A DNA stretch of 64,000 nucleotides from Desulfatiglandales bacterium. Lineage in GTDB: Bacteria; Desulfobacterota; DSM-4660; Desulfatiglandales; Desulfatiglandaceae. The notes beneath the pieces are model-generated. The model saw only the letters and a program-made list of their open reading frames with translations, searched no databases and was not told where the DNA came from. Within the stretch, counting starts at the first letter, position 1, and each line of letters starts with the position of its first letter. The stretch is taken from positions 2,880,001 to 2,944,000 of the forward strand of contig OY759599.1 in assembly GCA_963662465.1 (NCBI GenBank), given 5' to 3'. This document shows positions 31,234 to 41,229 of the stretch, one piece after another. The position numbers were made by a program, and so were the translations under genes.

Positions 31234-34200
31234 ATGGGTCATTTAAGTATTTCCGTAAAGGCCGGTTTCGCGGTTCTAGGGATACTGTTAAATTCAATTG
31301 TTGCCGCCTCATCAAGCATTGCCGCCCCCCCTCCCCTTCACATTACCCGCATCACCCCTTCCGGAACGGATGTCCCGGCAGGGCGGCAAATTGTATTTCA
31401 ATTCGATAAACCCGTTGTCCCCATCGGGCGTATGTCGCGAAAGGCTTCCGCCTGCTCTAATTTCTTGGGACCCATTACCATCACTCCTTCCCTTAAATGC
31501 CAATGGCGCTGGCTCAATACTGGAACCCTGGCCTGTCAGCTGGATGAAAAATCCGCCCTTAAACCCGCCACCCGTTACCATATTGTCGTGAATCCCGGAA
31601 TCCAGACCCAGAATGGGGAAACCCTTGAAAAGCCCGTGCATCACAGTTTCACAACTGAACGCCCCCAAGTCCGAAACGCATGGTTTAAAACATGGCGGGC
31701 CCCTGGAATGCCGGTCATCCGATTGACTTTCAACCAACCGGTGTTCAAAAATTCCGTGGCCGAACACATCTTCATGGCAGCCAAAGGCAAAACGGAAAAG
31801 CCGATGGACATTACCGTTGAACCAGACCCGGACATAAAGGAAAACCCCCTTGGAGACACTGCAACAGACCCAAACCGGGAAGCCCGGCGGGTGTGGCTGG
31901 TGTCTCCTTCGAAAGAACTCCCGCTCAATACCCAGTTGACACTTCGGGTAAATCCAGGACTTGCTTCTTTCTCGGGACCGGAACGAGGGATTGAAAAACG
32001 GGTCATCGCATCTTTTTCCACCTTTCCCCCATTTGCCTTTGAGGGCGTTGAATGTACCGACAATGCCGGAAAACCCCTTCACATTTCCCCCGACGACCCG
32101 AATCCTTTAAAAAACCGATGCAATCCCTTGAGGCAGGTGGCGCTGGTCTTCTCATCACCGGTCATTGGGGAGGAAATCAAGAAAAATGTCACCTTCATTC
32201 CGGATCTGGCGGGCGGTCGTACCGACTATGACCCCTGGACCAACCGCTCCGGATATTCACAACTCAGTTATCCCCATAAAAGGGGAGAAACCTATAAGGT
32301 TTGGCTTCCGGAACTGCTCAAAGCCTTTCGGGAATACCGTATCAAAAGTGATGCCAACACCCTCAGGGATGAATTTGGACGCCCCCTGGCCGTCCCCATG
32401 GACATGCGCTTTAAAACAGACCATCGCCTGCCCGATTTCGTCCTGACGCACCAGCAGGCCGTTCTGGAAAAAGGGGTGGATTCCCGGGTTCCCCTGGTGG
32501 TCACCAATCTTGAAAAGGTCGATATCACCTATGACAAACTCACGGTTCATGGAAAAGAAAGCCGGCAAAGGCGTAAAATTTCAATCCCACCGGTCAAGAA
32601 CATCGCCTTTAAAATCCCCCTGGAAGCCAGAGAAATGTTGACCGACACATCAGGGGTCGTTCAGGGAACGGTGAAATCCCGGCCCCAGGTCGCCAAGAGC
32701 CCCCGGGAACGCTGGTTCATGGCCCAGGCGACGCCTTTTCAGGTACACGCAAAAATCGGTCATTACAATACCCTGGTCTGGGTCACGGATCTTTCCACCG
32801 GACAACCGGTTAAAGGGGCCGAGGTGAGTCTTTACCGGGATACCTACGAGGCCCTGCCGCAAACGCCGACCCCGCTGACCCGCGGCACAACGGATGCCGG
32901 CGGGGTCGTCATCCTGGCGGGGACGGACGCCATCGATCCACTCCTGACAACGCTGGAAAACTACGACATGAAGAAGCCGCATCTCTTCGCGCGGGTTCAA
33001 AAAGAGAACGACATGGCCCTTCTTCCCCTGGACGGCCCCTTCCGGGTGGACACCTACCGGGCAAGCGGAAATACCCTCTGGCCCGACATGCGACAACGTT
33101 TCGGCCACATGCATACCTGGGGAACCACGGCCCAGGGGGTATACCGGGCCGGCGATACGATTCAATACAAACTCTATGTCCGAAACCAGGACAATGAAAC
33201 CTTTGTACCGCCCCCCCGGGAAGGGTATCGTCTCAAGGTGCTGGACCCCATGGGAAAAACGGTTCATGAAATTAAAGACCTGAGCCTCAATGAATTCGGG
33301 GCCCACAGCGGCGATTTCCAGGTTCCCAAAACCGGCGCCGTGGGATGGTATCGTTTCGAACTCTCCGCAACCTTTGCAAAGTGGGTGCGGGAACCCATGC
33401 GGGTGCTGGTGAGCGATTTCACCCCCTCCCCTTTCAAGGTGACCACGGATCTGAACCATCGGTTTTTTGAAACCGGTGGCGAGGTGGCGGTCGTAACCCG
33501 TGCCAGGCTCCATGCGGGCGGGCCTTATGGGGATGCCCACAACCACGTGACGGCCATCCTTCAAAGCCGCCCGCTGATGCTTAAGGAGAGTGCTTTTCAG
33601 AACTTTCAGTTTGATGCCATTGTACCGAAAGCGCCCCCCGAAGAAACGGTTTATCAAACGGAAAACAAACTGAACAGCCAGGGAAATGCCGATTCAAAAT
33701 TTAAACTGGTGGAAGGGAAAATTCTCTACGGTCGCCTGATGGTGGAAAGTGCCGTGCGCGATGACCGGGGAAAATCCATTGCCGGAAGAACTTACGCCGA
33801 TTATGCGGGCCGGGACCGCTATGTGGGGCTTCGCCGCCTGGCCTGGATCATGACGGAAGATGAGCCTGCTTCAGTCGAGTTGCTGGTAGCGGATGGCCGG
33901 GGAAACCCCGTTCCAGACGTGCCGATCCAGGTGACCCTTTCCCGGCGGGAAACCAAAGCGGCTCGGGTCAAGGGAGCCGGCAACGCCTATATCACCCATT
34001 ACACCCATGAATGGGTGGTAGTGGACCAGGTTAACGTCATATCCGCCAAAGATCCCGTTTCCTGTTCTCTGACGCCTCAAAACCCGGGTTCGCACCGAAT
34101 TACAGCCACCATCAAAGACAGCAAAGAACGGAACCACGAAAGCACGATATACCAATGGGTGGTGGGAAAAGGGCAGGTCGTGTGGGAAGAGAGTCCCGAC

Positions 34201-37056
34201 AACCGCCTGGAAATCATTTCTGAAAAGAATGGTTATGGGCCGGGAGAAAAAGCCCGATACCTGGTCAAGAACCCTTTTCCCGGCGCCGAAGCACTGGTGA
34301 CCATTGAACGCTATGGGGTTTTGCGGCATTGGGTTCAGACCCTCGAGGGCAGCACCCCCATGATCGAATTTGAAGTAAAACAGGACGATAGCCCCGGTTT
34401 TTATCTATCCGTGGTGGTCATCTCCCCGAGAGTTGAACAGCCGCCGCTTGAAACGGGCCAGGTGGATCTGGGAAAACCGGCCTTTCGCATGGGCTATGTG
34501 AAGACCGTTGTTTCCGATCCCCAAAAGGAGCTGGTGGTGCATGTAAACCCGGAGCGCGAAACCTACAAACCCGGGGACCGCGTTAAAGTGCGATTAACAG
34601 CAACCACCGTCCTTCAAAACAACCCCGCCCCCATTGAATTGGCGGTGGCGGTTCTGGACGAATCGGTATTTGACCTGATCGCCGAAGGCCGCGACTATTT
34701 TGACCCCTACAAAGGGTTTTACACCCTGGATGGACTGGATCTGGAAAACTTCAGTCTTCTCATGGGGCTGGTGGGACGACAGAAATTTGAAAAAAAGGGG
34801 GCCAACACGGGGGGGGGCGGCGGGCCGGACATCAGCCTTCGGTCGGTGTTCAAATTTGTCAGTTACTGGAATCCATCCATCATCGTCGATAAAGAAGGCG
34901 AAGCGACCATTTCCTTTGACGCGCCCGACAACCTCACCGGCTGGCGGGTTCTGGCCATGGCCGTCACCCCCGGGGATTGCATGGGTCTGGGGGAAGGAAA
35001 ATTCAACGTCAATCGCCCCACGGAAATCCGACCCGTCATGCCCAACCAGGTGCTGGCAGGCGACAAATTTGAGGCGGGGTTCAGCATTATGAACCGCATG
35101 CCTGAAGACCGCCGACTGACGGCTTCCATTGCGGCATCAGGTCCTATTCAAACCCCCGCGGGAAAAACCGAGGTGGAAAAAACCTTTGAACTGTCGCTAC
35201 CCCCCTTTAAAAGACACACCATCTGGCTGCCCATCGAAACCACGGGGACGGGCAAAATTCAATTCACGGCCAAGGCATGGGACAATAGAGACGGAGACGG
35301 AGACGGACTGACGTACACCCTCGCCGTCAACAAACCGTATTCTCTTGAAACAGCCGCCAACTACGGGAACACCACGGAACCATCCGTCACACAGTCCCTT
35401 CAATTTCCAAAGGACATAAAAACCAACGTGGGGGGGGTTGCCGTTAACTTGTCGCCCACGGTCCTGAGCAATCTTGAAGGCGCATTTTTGTATCTCAAAG
35501 ATTACTCTTACACCTGCTGGGAACAAATCCTGACCAAGAGTGTGACGGCAGCCCGGTATTCAAACCTGAAACCCTACCTCTCTCCGGACTTTAAATGGCC
35601 GGAAAGCGAAAAACTGCCCATGGAAACCCTCAAGCGCACCTTGGATTTTCAAGCCCCCAACGGCGGCATGACCTATTATATTCCTGAAAACCGTTATGTG
35701 AGCCCCTACCTGAGCGCCTACACGGCCCTGGCCTTCAACTGGCTTCGCGATGCGGGTTGCGAAATTCCGGATGTCCTTGAACAGAAACTTCACGCCTACC
35801 TGCTGACCCTCCTGCGCCGCAACACGGTTCCCGATTTCTATTCCAAGGGGATGGCCTCAACGGTGCGGGCCGTCGCTTTGGCGGCCCTGGCAAAACAAGG
35901 AAAAATCAACCGGTCGGACCTGGAACGGTATGACGCCCATGTGAAAGAGATGAGCCTGTTCGGAAAGGCCTATTTTCTGCTGGCGGCCCTGGCCGTTCCC
36001 AAAACAGATGAAATGTGTTCCCGCGTGGCCGATCTGATCCTGAGCCATGGCAACGAATCAGGTGGAAAGATGGTCTTCAGTGAAGCCATTGACGACGGCT
36101 TCAGCCGCATCCTGGCATCGCCTCTCCGTACCAACAGCGCCATTCTAAACGCACTTTGCGCTTATGCCGAAACGGACTCCGGAAAAAAGAAAATCGCCGA
36201 CATCCCCTTCAAGCTGGTGCGATTCATCACCCAGAGCCGGAAGAACCGGGACCACTGGGAAAATACCCAGGCAAACATCTTCTGCCTGAACGGGCTTATG
36301 GACTACGCCGGGCGTTATGAACAAAAAAGTCCTAATTTTACCGTTCGCGCCCTCTTTAACCGGCGCCTCATGGGCCAGGCACGGTTTACCGATATGCGCC
36401 ATGAACCAGCAACCTTTGAGCGACCCATCGGGAAAGACGACCCGGGCCGAACCGCCGCCGTCATCCTGGAACGTAAGGGCCGGGGCCGTCTCTATTACAC
36501 CACGCGGTTATCCTATGCACCCCTTACGGAAAGCATGAAACCCGTGAATGCGGGCATGGAAATTCATCGGGAATACAGCATCCTGGAAAACGAAAAATGG
36601 GTGCTCCTCAAAAGCCCCCTGCACCTCAATCGCGGAGACCTGGTACGGGTGGATCTTTTCTTGTCCCTGCCGGCGGCCCGTAACTTCGTGGTGGTGGATG
36701 ATCCGGTGCCGGGCGGGCTGGAGCCGGTGAACCGGGATCTGGCCACGGCATCCACGGTGGACGCCGACCAGGGCGACTTTAAACCGGCCGACGGCTCCTG
36801 GTGGTACAAAGAGAACGATTGGTACGATTACGGCACCTCCCGATGGCGCTTCTATCACCGGGAATTGCGCGACGATGCGGCCCGTTTCTATTCGGAATAC
36901 CTGCCCGCCGGGAATTATCATCTATCTTATACGGCCCAGGTCATCGCGCCGGGAGAGTTCACGGTTTTGCCCGTCCATGCGGAAGAGATGTATGATCCGG
37001 ATGTTTTTGGAAAGGGCTTGACCGAGCGATTGGTGGTAAATACAATGGGGAACTGA
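31234..37056 (+). CDS. Bacterial alpha-2-macroglobulin family protein
   Basis: About 1940 aa; signal peptide; YRAGDT MG2 motif; APDNLTGWRVLA; thioester CWEQ (35515-35526); EEMYDP. Confidence 0.93.
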   Translation: MGHLSISVKAGFAVLGILLNSIVAASSSIAAPPPLHITRITPSGTDVPAGRQIVFQFDKPVVPIGRMSRKASACSNFLGPITITPSLKCQWRWLNTGTLACQLDEKSALKPATRYHIVVNPGIQTQNGETLEKPVHHSFTTERPQVRNAWFKTWRAPGMPVIRLTFNQPVFKNSVAEHIFMAAKGKTEKPMDITVEPDPDIKENPLGDTATDPNREARRVWLVSPSKELPLNTQLTLRVNPGLASFSGPERGIEKRVIASFSTFPPFAFEGVECTDNAGKPLHISPDDPNPLKNRCNPLRQVALVFSSPVIGEEIKKNVTFIPDLAGGRTDYDPWTNRSGYSQLSYPHKRGETYKVWLPELLKAFREYRIKSDANTLRDEFGRPLAVPMDMRFKTDHRLPDFVLTHQQAVLEKGVDSRVPLVVTNLEKVDITYDKLTVHGKESRQRRKISIPPVKNIAFKIPLEAREMLTDTSGVVQGTVKSRPQVAKSPRERWFMAQATPFQVHAKIGHYNTLVWVTDLSTGQPVKGAEVSLYRDTYEALPQTPTPLTRGTTDAGGVVILAGTDAIDPLLTTLENYDMKKPHLFARVQKENDMALLPLDGPFRVDTYRASGNTLWPDMRQRFGHMHTWGTTAQGVYRAGDTIQYKLYVRNQDNETFVPPPREGYRLKVLDPMGKTVHEIKDLSLNEFGAHSGDFQVPKTGAVGWYRFELSATFAKWVREPMRVLVSDFTPSPFKVTTDLNHRFFETGGEVAVVTRARLHAGGPYGDAHNHVTAILQSRPLMLKESAFQNFQFDAIVPKAPPEETVYQTENKLNSQGNADSKFKLVEGKILYGRLMVESAVRDDRGKSIAGRTYADYAGRDRYVGLRRLAWIMTEDEPASVELLVADGRGNPVPDVPIQVTLSRRETKAARVKGAGNAYITHYTHEWVVVDQVNVISAKDPVSCSLTPQNPGSHRITATIKDSKERNHESTIYQWVVGKGQVVWEESPDNRLEIISEKNGYGPGEKARYLVKNPFPGAEALVTIERYGVLRHWVQTLEGSTPMIEFEVKQDDSPGFYLSVVVISPRVEQPPLETGQVDLGKPAFRMGYVKTVVSDPQKELVVHVNPERETYKPGDRVKVRLTATTVLQNNPAPIELAVAVLDESVFDLIAEGRDYFDPYKGFYTLDGLDLENFSLLMGLVGRQKFEKKGANTGGGGGPDISLRSVFKFVSYWNPSIIVDKEGEATISFDAPDNLTGWRVLAMAVTPGDCMGLGEGKFNVNRPTEIRPVMPNQVLAGDKFEAGFSIMNRMPEDRRLTASIAASGPIQTPAGKTEVEKTFELSLPPFKRHTIWLPIETTGTGKIQFTAKAWDNRDGDGDGLTYTLAVNKPYSLETAANYGNTTEPSVTQSLQFPKDIKTNVGGVAVNLSPTVLSNLEGAFLYLKDYSYTCWEQILTKSVTAARYSNLKPYLSPDFKWPESEKLPMETLKRTLDFQAPNGGMTYYIPENRYVSPYLSAYTALAFNWLRDAGCEIPDVLEQKLHAYLLTLLRRNTVPDFYSKGMASTVRAVALAALAKQGKINRSDLERYDAHVKEMSLFGKAYFLLAALAVPKTDEMCSRVADLILSHGNESGGKMVFSEAIDDGFSRILASPLRTNSAILNALCAYAETDSGKKKIADIPFKLVRFITQSRKNRDHWENTQANIFCLNGLMDYAGRYEQKSPNFTVRALFNRRLMGQARFTDMRHEPATFERPIGKDDPGRTAAVILERKGRGRLYYTTRLSYAPLTESMKPVNAGMEIHREYSILENEKWVLLKSPLHLNRGDLVRVDLFLSLPAARNFVVVDDPVPGGLEPVNRDLATASTVDADQGDFKPADGSWWYKENDWYDYGTSRWRFYHRELRDDAARFYSEYLPAGNYHLSYTAQVIAPGEFTVLPVHAEEMYDPDVFGKGLTERLVVNTMGN

Positions 37057-37153
37057 CGTTCCCGGCGCCATGGGGTTGTTTTTTTACGTCTTCATTTGGA
37101 AAAACCGCTAAATTGACAGGGGATCTGATTCCCATTAAATAAGGGGGGACATC

Positions 37154-38464
37154 GTGCGTTATACTGATTTATACCAGTCCAAGAAAACATCACCGGAAGA
37201 AGCTGTTGCGCCCATGAAGAGTGGGAGTACTTTGCTCGTTGCCATGGCGGCAGGAGCACCGCCTGCCTTGATGGAGGCCATCGCCCATCGGGTTCGATCC
37301 GATGATTTAAAAGATCTTGCTTTATATTATAAGTTAGCGCCACCCAGGCTTACCGAGACCCTTTTGGCGGATGAGGTTTTGCCGAAATTAAAGGCCCATA
37401 CGTTTTTTGTTTCCGGTAAAGATCATGAGATCATCAGGAACCAGGCGAAGACGGGGAAAAAGCTGCTGAGTTTCGTTCCGGTAAACTTCAGTCAGATTCC
37501 CAGACTGGTGACCCAAATGAAACCTGACACCTTTATCGTCCAAGTATCCCCCATGGATGCGGGTGGCTATTTCTCACTGGGCACGAACAACGACTATGCC
37601 TCCACGGCCGCACGGGTTTGTGGTCGGCTGATTGTGGAGGTAAACCCAAACATGCCACGGGTATTTGGTCGTTCTCAAATCCATGTCTCGGAGGTACACG
37701 CCCTGGTGGAAAACACCTCGGACCTTGAAGAGACGCCGACGGTGGAACCCGGTCCGGATGATATAAAAATCGGACAGTTAACCAGTCCATTGGTCCCCGA
37801 TGGGGCTACCCTCCAACTTGGCATCGGGAAGGTTCCTTCGGGCATCGCCCAGGCCCTGATGACTCATAGACATTTAGGGATTCATACGGAACTTTTGTCT
37901 GAGTGTATGGTTGACATGATCGAGAAAGGGGTTGTTACGGGTGAATGCAAACAGCTCCACCCGGGTAAACATGTCTTCACCGTTGCCTTGGGCAGTAAAC
38001 GCCTTTATGACTTCATGAATGACAACGCCTCCATGGAAAGTTACCCGTCTTCCTATGTTAACGGTATCCCCACCGTTGCCCAATTAGATAATTTTATTTC
38101 GATTAACACCGCTATCGAAATTGATCTATATGGTCAGGTAAATGCCGAATTCATTGGGGGTCACGAATACAGCGGCTCGGGGGGCCAATTCGATTTTGTA
38201 AAGGGCGCCTCCTTTTCCAACGGCGGAAAGTCGATCATCGCGTTGCATGCCACTGCCATGAAGGGGACCAAATCTACCATTGTTCCCAAGGTCGCCATGG
38301 TCACGGACAACCGAATGGATGTGGAACACATCGTTACGGAAAACGGAGTGGTCAACCTCCGCGGCCTTTCAACAGCTGAACGTGCCCACGCATTGATCAG
38401 CATTGCGCATCCGCGGTTTCGAGATGAACTTACCGCTGCCGCCCGCAAGGTGGTTTTAATTTAG
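37154..38464 (+). CDS. Acetyl-CoA hydrolase / 4-hydroxybutyrate CoA-transferase family
   Basis: LQLGIG, GIHTE, SGSGGQFDF, VTENG, IAHPRFRDEL. Confidence 0.9.
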   Translation: MRYTDLYQSKKTSPEEAVAPMKSGSTLLVAMAAGAPPALMEAIAHRVRSDDLKDLALYYKLAPPRLTETLLADEVLPKLKAHTFFVSGKDHEIIRNQAKTGKKLLSFVPVNFSQIPRLVTQMKPDTFIVQVSPMDAGGYFSLGTNNDYASTAARVCGRLIVEVNPNMPRVFGRSQIHVSEVHALVENTSDLEETPTVEPGPDDIKIGQLTSPLVPDGATLQLGIGKVPSGIAQALMTHRHLGIHTELLSECMVDMIEKGVVTGECKQLHPGKHVFTVALGSKRLYDFMNDNASMESYPSSYVNGIPTVAQLDNFISINTAIEIDLYGQVNAEFIGGHEYSGSGGQFDFVKGASFSNGGKSIIALHATAMKGTKSTIVPKVAMVTDNRMDVEHIVTENGVVNLRGLSTAERAHALISIAHPRFRDELTAAARKVVLI

Positions 38465-38509
38465 ATGTTCCCGGTTCTTTATTCCTTGAGGCTCTCTGCC
38501 GGCCGTTGG

Positions 38510-40510
38510 TCAAAACGGCAGGCGCAACTGTTCCGGCATTTTCATAAGGGTTTCACCTTCTGAGGCATCCTCTATTGAAACCTCCGCCATATCCTGGGAT
38601 ATAGGATTTTCAATTGCCTGCCCGGAGGATGTTGTTCCCACCAAAGCATCCAGAAATTCCCGGATACAATCCCCGGAAACCCAACCCAGCGGCACGCGGC
38701 GGATGCTTTCCTGTAATTGTTTTTTGAAATAGGCGCCCGTTTCATCCATCCAGTGAACAAACCCTTTCTTCCGGATCTCTTTCTCCATGACGAGCAGGGC
38801 GGAAGCCATTTGAGGTCCCGGTTCGTGCCTTTCCTGCCAATGGTCCGCCGGCAGGATGATTTCCAATGCAATGAGGAGGACCATTGGTCCCGCAGCATGC
38901 AAACTATGTCGACCCAAACCCGAAGCCTGGCTTGCCCTTATCCAGTTGGCATATCCGGTGCGTTTAAATATGACGGCAACCGAAAAAAGATCCTGAAGAG
39001 ACGGAATCCTCTGCCAGAGAGGTTCGGGCACGGATCTTGCGAAATGGTATATTGAAACAGCCTGTTTTTTGAACCGCCACCGGGTTTTGACGGCATCGGA
39101 CACAGGCCAGAGATCCGGTTCCGAGACAAAGAGAAGCGACTGATACAGCTTGCGATTATAAGCCCTGTCGGACGCTCCCCCAAAACCGATTCCAAGATTC
39201 AATTCACTGTTGCCTTCGGCCCATAAACACCAGTGTTGTTCCATGGCAGGCGTCCAGAGCGGGTAGGCATTCAGCGACTCACCGGCGTAGCGTTCCAGCA
39301 TAAAGGATTTACACGCCCTTTTTGTCAGCAAAATCTCCGACCATGTGTTCACGGGGTCTATGGTCTCACAGGTCCCGCGGAGTGCGTACACTTCGGGCGC
39401 CACTTCCAGGATATCCTCATGGGTGGTTAATGCCAATTGTACTGATGTCTCCGGATGCCGGCCGCCGGTCCTTTCGAAAAGCGCTTTCGCAATACTTTGC
39501 CGGCGAGAAAAATCGTTCAATTGAAGGGTTTCCAGAACGATGTCGGCAGCGGTCGTTTCAGACCAGGGTCTTTCGAAGACAACCGACGGCTTCTTTCCAT
39601 CGCTATATTTTTGGGCGACCTCAGTCTCAGGTATGACATCATCAACTTCCGCATAAGGGGCATACTCCCGGACCGAACCCAACGCCGACCATACCTGCTC
39701 ACCTGCTTCGACAAACAGATGCGGTCTTGTCCGTATGGTTGTTTCCGCCATATAAATATTGAGTTGATCGTCATGATAGACCGCATTGTAGTCGTTTACA
39801 AGCTGATCCTGGGTCACGATCATCCCGGCATATCGATAGAGAAAGAGACGATGAAGCCGTATGGCGCGAAGCGCAGAGGACGAAATAGGCCTTTCGGTCG
39901 TGTAACCGCCATAGAAACCCGCAACCCATGGGCTCAAGGCCAGAAGAAACCTGAGAAAAGGCACATCCGCCTGCAACAAAGCGGCTAAATAGCCAACCCC
40001 AAAGGGAGGTGTCTTTTGATTCCAGATCTCAACCAGTTGCGCCACCTTTGCTGTTACGGTTTCGGGGGCGTATTTGCTTCGGAACCAGTCTCTTTCCGCT
40101 TCAGCGGCGTTACATCCAATCCAACTGATAAGGCTGCCGTAACGGCACTTTATGGCTAAGGATATCTCCCCGGGCAGTGCCTCCATGACCATATCATAGT
40201 TTTCACTTTTTCGTATCAAACTACCGGCTTCCGAAATCTCTTCCGCAATCTCATGCCAGATAAGGGTGACCATTTCATCCAGAGCTTCAAAAAACGGTGC
40301 GCATAAAGTAGGTCTTCTAAGGTTCCGGATCGCCCGTAGCTCCATATGAGCGATCCGGGACGCCTTGACCTTAAGCTGTTTTGATATTTTTCCGATGGAT
40401 TGCCGGCCGCTCTCCCCAAGCCCATAGCGCAACATCAAAACGGTCCTCAAATCAGGGGACAATTCGTTCAGGGCAGTGTTCACAAGCACCCGAAAATTGT
40501 TTTTCTTCAT
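38510..40510 (-). CDS. Hypothetical 666-aa protein with an N-terminal sigma70 region-4 HTH
   Basis: LNELSPDLRTVLMLRYGL...SIGKISKQLKVKASRIAHMELRAIRNLR; remainder unrecognised. Confidence 0.7.
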   Translation of the reverse strand: MKKNNFRVLVNTALNELSPDLRTVLMLRYGLGESGRQSIGKISKQLKVKASRIAHMELRAIRNLRRPTLCAPFFEALDEMVTLIWHEIAEEISEAGSLIRKSENYDMVMEALPGEISLAIKCRYGSLISWIGCNAAEAERDWFRSKYAPETVTAKVAQLVEIWNQKTPPFGVGYLAALLQADVPFLRFLLALSPWVAGFYGGYTTERPISSSALRAIRLHRLFLYRYAGMIVTQDQLVNDYNAVYHDDQLNIYMAETTIRTRPHLFVEAGEQVWSALGSVREYAPYAEVDDVIPETEVAQKYSDGKKPSVVFERPWSETTAADIVLETLQLNDFSRRQSIAKALFERTGGRHPETSVQLALTTHEDILEVAPEVYALRGTCETIDPVNTWSEILLTKRACKSFMLERYAGESLNAYPLWTPAMEQHWCLWAEGNSELNLGIGFGGASDRAYNRKLYQSLLFVSEPDLWPVSDAVKTRWRFKKQAVSIYHFARSVPEPLWQRIPSLQDLFSVAVIFKRTGYANWIRASQASGLGRHSLHAAGPMVLLIALEIILPADHWQERHEPGPQMASALLVMEKEIRKKGFVHWMDETGAYFKKQLQESIRRVPLGWVSGDCIREFLDALVGTTSSGQAIENPISQDMAEVSIEDASEGETLMKMPEQLRLPF

Positions 40511-40869
40511 CAGTCTGCCCTTCTGTTTTCCGATAATTGCCGGGTTTTCATAAATGCCGTATAGTGAATAAAGAATTGTTCGACGATCAAATTCATATCC
40601 GTTTCTTCTTTTTGGGTTTTTTCCGCAAATTCAGTGTAGATATTCATTGAAAGCCTTACGTAGCAGGCTTTCCGCCCTCTCTTCGGCGGTCTTTTTCCAG
40701 CGCCGCCCACAAAAGATGAATCCAAGCAGTAAACATAGCTCAACAGAAATTGCTCCACGACCCTGGCCGTACTCACCTGATCCTGGTTCGTGGCCGCTTT
40801 GAACCGATCCAGAACACCTTCATCCACAACGAAACAACACCTACGATATCGGGTCTGCTCCTCAATCAT
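40510..40869 (-). CDS. Hypothetical protein with two RHH-like repeats
   Basis: Repeats end VVEQFLLSYV and IVEQFFIHYT; stop overlaps the start of the 666-aa gene (TGATG). Confidence 0.6.
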   Translation of the reverse strand: MIEEQTRYRRCCFVVDEGVLDRFKAATNQDQVSTARVVEQFLLSYVYCLDSSFVGGAGKRPPKRGRKACYVRLSMNIYTEFAEKTQKEETDMNLIVEQFFIHYTAFMKTRQLSENRRAD

Positions 40870-41229
40870 GATACATCATTCCTTCCCGGGCGGTGAATTA
40901 TCTTTAAGCGTGCATTTTATTTTGGGGAATACGAAATCGCTTGTTTGGCCGTTGACTATAGAAAGTCTGCACGTTGCAGGTCAAGTTTAAATTTGGGTCT
41001 GTTCAGCTAACCCGTCTAACGGCGTCAATAGCGATGGGTGTTGTGATTTGTTAATTATTGACCTAAAGGCTTTCTACCCAAAGAATTTTATCGACGAAGA
41101 ATTCAAAAGTGTAGGCTATTTCTGCGGCAATAACGATATAAGGGTACGCTAAAATCGTCAGAGTCTCTAGCTGCGACGGGAAAGAGATGAGGTCAATCTC
41201 TTACACCAAGGCCGACTGTATCTTAGCGA

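Noticed and set aside
35290..35307. GACGGA x3 microsatellite in alpha-2-macroglobulin
   Set aside because: A short in-frame repeat (DGDGDG) with no evidence of significance.
41000..41025. GTTAGAC/GTTAGCT on the minus strand as an attC for the HipA-like gene
   Set aside because: No matching R''/L boxes or hairpin found, and the site is more than 200 nt from the stop codon.
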